From: Methanosarcinales archaeon
GTDB taxonomy: Archaea > Halobacteriota > Methanosarcinia > Methanosarcinales > Methanocomedenaceae
DNA: 41,521 nucleotides
NCBI GenBank assembly: GCA_023136155.1
Contig: JAGLRT010000009.1
Coordinates: forward strand, 1-41,521
Reading direction: 5' to 3'
Position numbers and translations under genes: made by a program. Below, in pieces: positions 9,176 to 16,698 of this stretch. The notes below the pieces were generated by a model. That model was not told where the DNA came from, searched no databases, and worked only from the letters and a program-made list of their open reading frames with translations. Positions within the stretch are counted from its first letter, which is position 1, and every line of letters begins with the position of its first letter.

Positions 9176-9213
9176 ATTTCAGCTTTAATGTCAAAACTTG
9201 GTCGGCACACTAT

Positions 9214-9314
9214 TGTCAAGTCAACCATGAAACGTATAGCGACCATCTACCACATCTTATATAGCGCTGGCGGATTTAAAAAAATCAGTACGACATTTTA
9301 CGCTTGACTTGACA
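9214..9314 (+). repeat. MITE-like repeat, family 1, copy 2 (same orientation as copy 1)
   Basis: It aligns base-for-base with 5362-5462, with about 7 mismatches and no indels. The terminal inverted repeats are the same. Confidence 0.8.
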
Positions 9315-9372
9315 CCATACTGATTTAGTTTTAGCAATATCATATACCAGTTTTAGGGAAAATTTTCGAATC

Positions 9373-10512
9373 CTATGCAATAATCCTTCCAAAAGGACTC
9401 TTGAAAAGATAACTTAGAAACTCCTCTGCCCCCGCACCCGAATTCCCTTCCCCACCCAACAAAATCCGTGACCATGACGGCTTATTCTCATAACTCACAG
9501 TAGGATCACCCGTAATGCCGCCCAATTCTGCTGCAACATCAATAGCATCATACAGATTTCCGGTCTCATCTACTAACCCCAGTTCAATGGCCTTACTGCC
9601 CGTATACACCCTACCATCTGCCAGGTCTTTAACATCGCTCTGGCTCATGTTCCTACCTTGGGCAACCTCATCTACAAATCGCTGGAAAACTTCAAGGACA
9701 ACCTCTTCTGAGTACTGTTTCTCATCATCGCTCAGTTCTCTCCAGTTGCTACCCATATCCTTGAACTCACCGCTCTTGGCAACATGGAAGCCAATACCTT
9801 CATCTTCATAAAAACCTGACCGGTCTTCGAACGCCCAGATAACCCCGATACTCCCGGTAAGACTGTCCGGGTTGGCAATAATACGGTCAGCCGGTGCTGA
9901 TATATAATACGCTGCACTTGCAGCTACATCACCCATGGAGACCACAACAGGCTTCTTTTCCTGTGCTTTTTTTATCTCAGCGACAATTTCCTGCGCCGAC
10001 GCAGGTGACCCTCCGGGGCTATTGATGCGTAACACTATGGCTTTTACACTATCGTCATCAGCAGCATTCTGAATACTTTTACAAATTTCTTCAGACGTTG
10101 CATAACCCAAACCTCCAGGTAAATTCCCGGTGATCATAACTCCCTGAACATATATCACTGCTACCTTGTTCGAATCCATTGAAAGAGTGTCGAACCCTCC
10201 AAAAATTGCAATAACACTTCCACCAATAACAACCAGTAGCCCCAATACTATAATCAGGTAAATCAGTCCACGGCCCACCGAACCACCTTTGCGGGAAGGG
10301 CGCCGCTCAGGTTCATTCGGTACAGTAGAATTCTGCGCACCTGCACCATGGGCTTCAATTCCAGATGAAACAGTATACATTACATCCTTTTCCACATCTG
10401 ATGTTGTTCCGGAAGAGCCTGTGGCAGGATTAATGCTATTGTCAAGCATGTTTTCATTTATTCCATTAATTTTGGGCTGATCAGGATATGTTGTTTCTTC
10501 CTTTTGGAACAT
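9373..10512 (-). CDS. sppA: Signal peptide peptidase SppA (36K type), membrane-anchored
   Basis: Low-complexity N-terminus, a TM segment LIYLIIVLGLLVVIGGSVIAIFG, and ClpP-fold motifs VLRINSPGGSPASAQEI and VVSMGDVAASAAYYIS. Confidence 0.85.
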   Translation of the reverse strand: MFQKEETTYPDQPKINGINENMLDNSINPATGSSGTTSDVEKDVMYTVSSGIEAHGAGAQNSTVPNEPERRPSRKGGSVGRGLIYLIIVLGLLVVIGGSVIAIFGGFDTLSMDSNKVAVIYVQGVMITGNLPGGLGYATSEEICKSIQNAADDDSVKAIVLRINSPGGSPASAQEIVAEIKKAQEKKPVVVSMGDVAASAAYYISAPADRIIANPDSLTGSIGVIWAFEDRSGFYEDEGIGFHVAKSGEFKDMGSNWRELSDDEKQYSEEVVLEVFQRFVDEVAQGRNMSQSDVKDLADGRVYTGSKAIELGLVDETGNLYDAIDVAAELGGITGDPTVSYENKPSWSRILLGGEGNSGAGAEEFLSYLFKSPFGRIIA

Positions 10513-10625
10513 AAAGTCTCAACAATATATTTTTTTGTACTATAAAGTATTATGTGAAACCATCTACCATCTAATGACCACAGACCAGCCTTAATATTCG
10601 GTCCGAATATTTGTGTCGCTACCGT

Positions 10626-12353
10626 TTAATCGCTGTTGATCGCATAATCGGTCATAGCATGTTCCATGTAAGTGGCATTCCCAATCTCGATTAATTTACT
10701 GGTAACAGCAAGCGGGTCACCGTCCATGGTAATATCACCATTGTCGATAAGTATGGCCCTGTGCGCCACTTCAGTAACGAAGTCCATGTGGTGACTAATT
10801 AGTATGACAGTTGTCCCGAAATGCTTACTGATATTTTTCAGGGCATTAGATACTTCCCGCAGAGTAATGGGGTCCAGATCGCCGAATGGTTCGTCAAGTA
10901 ACAGGTATTCAGGGTTTGTTATCATTGCCAGTGCAAGGGCAGCCCTCACATTTTCACCACCACTCAACTGGTACGGTTTGGAGTTCAGGACAGACAGTGG
11001 CAGTCTAATCGCATGGAAGATAGGTTCAGCATGTTTTATGACTTCTTCTATGGAACTTCTTGGGAAGAGTATGCTGATAATATCGTTATTGTATCCCATC
11101 TTTTCCAATTCTTCCTTAGCTTTGTCACCACCAATATCAGTCAATCTGTATATGGCATCAAGGTCTTTTTCAGGTATGCTAAGTTCCTTTGCCTTTTTGC
11201 GGGCTGCTTCCAGAACATCCATACCTTTAACACCTAGCTTATAGGCAAGTTGGTATTTGATCGGTGAATTAGGATACAGTGCGAATTCCTGATACATGAT
11301 ACTTGTTCTTCTGCGAAGTTCCATCCTTTTCGGACTGTAATGGGCTACGTCAATCCAATCGTCATCCATCAAAAAATTGATATCGCCGTCATCAGGATAG
11401 ATGAGTCCGTCCATGGCATGAAGTAGCGTGGTCTTGCCGGCACCGCTGGGCCCGGTAAGGGCTACAATTTCACCTTTCTTGAAATCAATGTTCATATCCT
11501 CGATATCCAGCACTTCTCCCTGTCTTACCAGATAATACCGCTGACACAAATCTCTTACCTTGATGACCACTTTATCCTCTTTCAGTTCAGGTGTTGCCAC
11601 ATCTGGTTTCATCTTTTTCAGGAATTCTTTAATAAGAGGCTCAGGTTTACCATCTCCCACCACTTTACCGCCTTCTATCCAGACCACCCTGTCAGCAAGG
11701 TAACTGTGTATCTCTGGCAGGTGAGAAACTATGATTACCTTGACACCTGTATGTTGTTGTACCTTTTTAATAGTGTCCAGGACTTCTTGTTTGGTTGCAG
11801 GACAGGTCATAGTGGCCGGTTCGTCCAGCAGTAGTAAATTAGGATTGGCTGCAAGTTGTCTTGCAATAAGAAGTCTTTGTTTTTCCCCGCCGCTGAGCAC
11901 CATCGAAAAATGTTCGGCCTTATGGTCCAGACCAACCAATTTGAGATATTTCATGCTCTCTTCATACAAATCATCATAATCAGGATGTTCCTTTGTTGGC
12001 AGGGCTTCTTGTCCAATACGTTTGGAATGTAATCTCCGGATAATGTTTTCAATTGCAGACCCGGGCCAAAGTCCAAAGTTCCTTTGAAGATGTATTGCGG
12101 TCATACCCTTCAATTTCCTGAAATCATCATCAGGGGAATCCGGGGTTATAGACAAACCGTCCAGCTCTATCTCGCCTTCATTGAAACCTTCGACTCCCCT
12201 AAGTACCTTCAAAAGAGTAGTTTTTCCGCTACCGCTTTGTCCCATTATCCCGACAATTTCACCGTCGTTAACTTCAAAACTGACACCGTCCAATGCCCTT
12301 ACACTGGTGTCCTCCATCTCGTAATCTTTGACCAGATTCTTAACTTTTAACAT
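10626..12353 (-). CDS. Duplicated ABC-type ATPase, likely methyl-coenzyme M reductase system component A2 (AtwA)-like
   Basis: It has two Walker A sites (GQSGSGKTT, GPSGAGKTT), two ABC signatures (LSGGEKQR, LSGGENVR) and no TM domain. The LRGVEGFNEGEI region resembles A2 proteins. The specific assignment is inferred. Confidence 0.6.
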   Translation of the reverse strand: MLKVKNLVKDYEMEDTSVRALDGVSFEVNDGEIVGIMGQSGSGKTTLLKVLRGVEGFNEGEIELDGLSITPDSPDDDFRKLKGMTAIHLQRNFGLWPGSAIENIIRRLHSKRIGQEALPTKEHPDYDDLYEESMKYLKLVGLDHKAEHFSMVLSGGEKQRLLIARQLAANPNLLLLDEPATMTCPATKQEVLDTIKKVQQHTGVKVIIVSHLPEIHSYLADRVVWIEGGKVVGDGKPEPLIKEFLKKMKPDVATPELKEDKVVIKVRDLCQRYYLVRQGEVLDIEDMNIDFKKGEIVALTGPSGAGKTTLLHAMDGLIYPDDGDINFLMDDDWIDVAHYSPKRMELRRRTSIMYQEFALYPNSPIKYQLAYKLGVKGMDVLEAARKKAKELSIPEKDLDAIYRLTDIGGDKAKEELEKMGYNNDIISILFPRSSIEEVIKHAEPIFHAIRLPLSVLNSKPYQLSGGENVRAALALAMITNPEYLLLDEPFGDLDPITLREVSNALKNISKHFGTTVILISHHMDFVTEVAHRAILIDNGDITMDGDPLAVTSKLIEIGNATYMEHAMTDYAINSD

Positions 12354-12511
12354 AATATGTCCTCAATGATTTAAATATATTGCATCTTATAAATTTATTA
12401 CTTTCAAATGATGATAATCTGTAAGGTTTTATCCTGATGTTTTGGTAGGTTATATTTATTACGGTGGACATCTCTAAATAAAGATGCTATAAGTGTGTAA
12501 AAACTTATTGT

Positions 12512-12643
12512 GAGACTGTCGGAAAAGTGATGAAATTGGAACAATTCATAACACGTTCATCAAGTAAATCGTTATGCAATGTCATGGTGTAATTATTAAA
12601 AAAAATAAAAAAAAATCGAAATATATGCATTTACAACAATCTC
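12512..12643 (+). repeat. MITE-like repeat, family 2, copy A (132 bp) with flanking 6-bp direct duplication TATTGT
   Basis: Imperfect TIRs are GAGACTGTCGGAAAAG and, as the reverse complement of the right end, GAGATTGTTGTAAATG. TATTGT occurs at 12506-12511 and again at 12644-12649. The copy aligns to the reverse complement of 16392-16530. Confidence 0.75.
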
Positions 12644-12729
12644 TATTGTATATATAGTATATAAACTTATAAGTCATTAAAACTGAAAAACAATTAAAGA
12701 TTCTATATGAACGTAGAATTAAGAAGGTA

Positions 12730-13899
12730 ATGGATATGAGGAAAATATTAATTGTATTGTGGGTATTGCTTGCAATTTCAATCGTTATATCTGGATGTGT
12801 GGATCCTTATGATGTGTCAAAACCAGACGCTACTGCTACTGCTACTTTAACACCCACTCCCCAGGCAACTGCAACTGAAAAAGTTATAAATGTAGACCCG
12901 GTAAAGTTATTAAGTGCTCCTTCCTGGACTTGGAGCAGCAGGATACGAATAAAAGATGTTGGCATGTCAGATGACGGCGAATATATTGCTGGTGTATCCA
13001 CCCAGAAGGTCATAGTAAAAACACCGACAAAGAATTTGCTGACAAATCTGAGGTGGAGCAATGCCAATCATGTCGAAGTCTCAAGTGACGGTAATTATAT
13101 TGTCGTCGGTGATAAGGATTTTTTTAATATGTACGATAATGATGGTGGTGAACTATATTCGTATACTGTCGGAGGTGCCATCAATCACATGGGTTTGCTT
13201 GATGACGGAGTTGTAATACAAGGTGGCGAAAAGGCACCAGTGCTAAATGCCGTCGATACTTTTGGGAACGAAATGTGGGAGTGGAAGTCAGGTGTTTCTA
13301 CCACAAAAGTGGTGATTTTTGAATATTCTGCCAATGCTGAGAACATACTGGTCGGAACTACAGATGATAGGGTGTACTACATGTCAAGTAATGGCAAGTA
13401 TCTCTGGTATAAATCATTTTCCGGGAATGTTGAAGATATTGAAGTGTCAGATGATGGCAACTATCTTTATGTGTTGACCGATGATAACATGATACATTCC
13501 TTTGATAGGTATGGTAACAAGAACTGGGAAAAGATATTGGATACAAACACGGTCGAAATTGAGATATGCAAAAACGGTAACTACATACTGACAAAACCCT
13601 TTAGTGAAGCACAGACATATTCGTTCCAACATAAGGTTTATCTGCTTGAAAATAATGGGAATGTAACATGGATGAAACAGATGAGCACAGATGTGGGTGT
13701 TATCGGAATCTCAGAGGACGCTAAATATGTGTTTATTGGTGAGGAACGTGACTTGAGGATGTATAACATAGCTGGAGATGAACTGGCAAGTTATCATCTG
13801 GACGATCAGTTCGGAACTAAATTCATATCTTTTGATATGACTCCCGATGTCACTAAATTGGCCGTTGGTACTACAAACTCGTTACTCGTATTCGGCTAA
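12730..13899 (+). CDS. Secreted/lipid-anchored beta-propeller repeat protein (PQQ/WD40-like repeats)
   Basis: Signal peptide with a lipobox-like ISGC, and a T/P/A-rich linker ATATATLTPTPQATAT. There are about 8 repeats at roughly 40-aa spacing with the motif S.DG.YI.VG (SDDGEYIAG, SSDGNYIVVG, SDDGNYLYV, CKNGNYILT, SEDAKYVFIG...). Confidence 0.65.
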   Translation: MDMRKILIVLWVLLAISIVISGCVDPYDVSKPDATATATLTPTPQATATEKVINVDPVKLLSAPSWTWSSRIRIKDVGMSDDGEYIAGVSTQKVIVKTPTKNLLTNLRWSNANHVEVSSDGNYIVVGDKDFFNMYDNDGGELYSYTVGGAINHMGLLDDGVVIQGGEKAPVLNAVDTFGNEMWEWKSGVSTTKVVIFEYSANAENILVGTTDDRVYYMSSNGKYLWYKSFSGNVEDIEVSDDGNYLYVLTDDNMIHSFDRYGNKNWEKILDTNTVEIEICKNGNYILTKPFSEAQTYSFQHKVYLLENNGNVTWMKQMSTDVGVIGISEDAKYVFIGEERDLRMYNIAGDELASYHLDDQFGTKFISFDMTPDVTKLAVGTTNSLLVFG

Positions 13900-14020
13900 G
13901 TCCGAATACTTGTTTTTAATTTTGATATATGTACCATCAAAAAAAGAGTCACTGCATTTTCAACACAATTTCCAATCAATCCCATCACCTATTTAACGCC
14001 CCACATTATTATAACCCATA

Positions 14021-16384
14021 ATGTTTAAACCTGAACTATTGGCGCCAGCCGGAAGCAAAGAAGCAATTATCGCAGCAATTGAAAATGGTGCCGATGCCGT
14101 ATATTTCGGTGGAGAAACTTTTGGTGCAAGACATGATGCGGGTCTTTCGCTGGAAGAACTTAAATGGGCTATTGATTACACCCACATCAACAAAGCCAAA
14201 GCATACATAACAGTCAACACACTGATCAAGGATTCAGAGTTCAAAAGGGTCAGTGAATATTTACAATTTCTTTGCAATACAGGAGCAGATGCAGTCATAG
14301 TGCAGGATATGGGCATAATGAAATTGTTAAAGGACCAGCTACCCCAACTCCCTGTCCACGCCAGCACGCAAATGACCATCCACAATTCAGAGGGAGTACA
14401 ATTCCTGGAAGATATGGGAGTAAAACGTGTGGTGCTTGCACGGGAGCTTTCCCTTGATGAAATCCGGAAGATTAAATTCCGAACTAACACTGAGATTGAA
14501 ATATTCATCCATGGTGCGTTGTGTATCTCATACTCTGGCCAGTGTCTGTTTAGCAGTATGATAGGAGACAAAAGTGGGAACCGTGGCTATTGTACCCAGC
14601 CTTGCCGAAGGAAATACACAATTGATGAAGCAAAAGGGCATCTTCTAAGTCCCAGGGATCTCAATATAAGCGAACGCATCGGATATTTAATTGAATCAGG
14701 AATTAATTCTTTTAAAATCGAAGGCAGGTTGAAGCACCCTGAATACGTGGCAGGTGTGGTACGAATTTACAGGGGTCTTATAGAGAGATATCTTGAAAAT
14801 CCTGCGGATTTTCAGGTATCGTATGATGAACAGCATACATTGCGGCAGCTTTTTAATCGTGGTTTTACCGAAGGGTATTTTTTCGGCAATCCCGGCGGCA
14901 ATCTGATGAGCCGGAAACAGCCACATAACCAGGGAACATACCTTGGAAATATCGTCAAATACGACAGGGATAGAAAATTTGCTTACATAAATATTGAGCA
15001 ACCATTGAGGATTGGTGATGGAATTGGTACAGAAGGTCGCGGCACAGGAACTTCAGTCAGAAGCATGTATATCAACAACAAGAGTGTTGAAAGTACCCCT
15101 GCCTGTGCAACAGTCAAAATACCTATGGAAAAAATAGTATATAGCAATGAAACTGTTTTCAAAACGTATGACTTCAAGCTCATGGAATCTTTTAGAATAA
15201 AAGATGCCAAGAGAAAGATTCCCCTCAATATGTCTTTCACAGCAAAACGGGGAAAACGGGTAGCACTTTGCATTACAGATGGAGTGAACCAGGTCATGCA
15301 AAAAGGAGATGTCCCGGAAAAAGCAACAGGGTCCCCAATATCAGAAGATTCTATAATCCAGCATTTGAAAAAACTTGGCAATACTTTTTTTGATCCGGAA
15401 AACATTGTGATTGATTTAGACAATGATATTTTCATTCCCATTTCCCATTTAAATACTCTGCGCAGAACTGCTGTTAAAAAGCTTGAAGATGAACTTACAA
15501 GAAAATGGAAACGCAAATGCAACAAACCTGGTATCACTTTTGATAATAGAGAAATTCCAACCAAAATCAAACCCATGCTATCAGTAAATACCTGCTCATT
15601 TGAATCATTTAAAGCAGCCGTTGATGGCGGTGCAGATGTGGTCTATTTTGGTGGCGAGAATTTCACATCTAGTACACTCAAACCAGAAGATTACCAATCT
15701 GCTATTGAGTATGGTAAGCATAAAGGAGTGGTAGTTTATCTCAGTACACCAAGAATTGATAAAAAAGGGAATGATTTGGATCATTTAAATAAATTATATG
15801 AATTGTACCCTGACCAGAATCCGAATGGATTTTTAGTAGCAAATCCTGGTGCTCTACATAGTCTTCATAATTCCACTGATAAATCACTGATAATTGACTA
15901 TTCTTTTAATGTCTTCAACAGGCTGGCAATGACACATTATCTGGAGTACTGCCAGAGAGTGACACTTTCGCCTGAACTTACATTGGATGAAATAAAACAA
16001 ATGGCACTACATGGAGAGGTAGAATGTATAGTACACGGCTTTTTCCCTCTAATGGTTTCTGAACATGACTTGTTGGGGGAATTATTCCCAGACAATAAAG
16101 TGAATGACGCTATAATGGAAGATGAAAAGGGGTTCACTTATCCTGTGAAAACTGATGAACAAAAACGTACCTATGTCATGAACTCCAGGGAATTTTGCAT
16201 GTTAAATCACATAACTGAACTAATTGATGCAGGTGTGAGTTGCCTTAGAATTGAAGCAAAAACTTATGATGAAAAAACGACTGGAAAGTTGACGCAAAGT
16301 TACCGCAAAGCCATAGATAATGGAACCGTAGGGCATTGTGGGGGTAAATATTCCACAGGACATTATTTTAGTGGGGTTTTGTGA
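14021..16384 (+). CDS. Peptidase U32-family protein with two tandem U32 modules; the N-terminal module carries a four-Cys Fe-S-type motif
   Basis: MFKPELLAPAGSKEAIIAAIENGADAVYFGG... The second module starts at PMLSVNTCSFESFKAAVDGGADVVYFGG. A CX6CX15CX3C motif (C168, C175, C191, C195) lies at nt 14522-14605. Confidence 0.8.
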   Translation: MFKPELLAPAGSKEAIIAAIENGADAVYFGGETFGARHDAGLSLEELKWAIDYTHINKAKAYITVNTLIKDSEFKRVSEYLQFLCNTGADAVIVQDMGIMKLLKDQLPQLPVHASTQMTIHNSEGVQFLEDMGVKRVVLARELSLDEIRKIKFRTNTEIEIFIHGALCISYSGQCLFSSMIGDKSGNRGYCTQPCRRKYTIDEAKGHLLSPRDLNISERIGYLIESGINSFKIEGRLKHPEYVAGVVRIYRGLIERYLENPADFQVSYDEQHTLRQLFNRGFTEGYFFGNPGGNLMSRKQPHNQGTYLGNIVKYDRDRKFAYINIEQPLRIGDGIGTEGRGTGTSVRSMYINNKSVESTPACATVKIPMEKIVYSNETVFKTYDFKLMESFRIKDAKRKIPLNMSFTAKRGKRVALCITDGVNQVMQKGDVPEKATGSPISEDSIIQHLKKLGNTFFDPENIVIDLDNDIFIPISHLNTLRRTAVKKLEDELTRKWKRKCNKPGITFDNREIPTKIKPMLSVNTCSFESFKAAVDGGADVVYFGGENFTSSTLKPEDYQSAIEYGKHKGVVVYLSTPRIDKKGNDLDHLNKLYELYPDQNPNGFLVANPGALHSLHNSTDKSLIIDYSFNVFNRLAMTHYLEYCQRVTLSPELTLDEIKQMALHGEVECIVHGFFPLMVSEHDLLGELFPDNKVNDAIMEDEKGFTYPVKTDEQKRTYVMNSREFCMLNHITELIDAGVSCLRIEAKTYDEKTTGKLTQSYRKAIDNGTVGHCGGKYSTGHYFSGVL

Positions 16385-16391
16385 AGATATC

Positions 16392-16530
16392 GAGATCGTC
16401 GGAAAAGCATCTATTTCGATGATTTTTATTAATCTAAATAATTACAGCATGACATTACATATCGATTTACTTGATGAACGTGCTACGAATTGTTACTAAT
16501 TGGTCTGATTTCATCACTTTTCCGACAGGC
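16392..16530 (-). repeat. MITE-like repeat, family 2, copy B (139 bp), inverted relative to copy A
   Basis: The termini are GAGATCGTCGGAAAAG ... CTTTTCCGACAGGC, a 10-bp perfect inverted core. The interior aligns to copy A with one indel of about 9 nt. It begins 8 nt after the U32 stop codon. Confidence 0.75.
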
Positions 16531-16698
16531 TATGAATATATTCATTCCAATATCTTATATACTTCACAAGTTTGAATAATAACTTGCCTTATTCCATATG
16601 TATTTCATTCTGTCCTGATTTCTCCAAAAATACACTTAGTCCGAATCCACATCAAAAGAGTATTAAATCATAATACCTATCCAAGAGAAGGTGAAAAC

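Noticed and set aside
8928-9194. 88-aa ORF overlapping the lipid-kinase start and running through the family 2 mini-element
   Set aside because: It lies in AT-rich promoter-like DNA, partly encoded by repeat sequence, with no SD or motif. It is probably not coding.
12597-12616. A-rich tract (AAAAAAAATAAAAAAAAA) as a possible regulatory poly(A) or slippery site
   Set aside because: It lies inside MITE copy A, where copy B has ordinary sequence. It is most simply an A-tract expansion within a decaying element.
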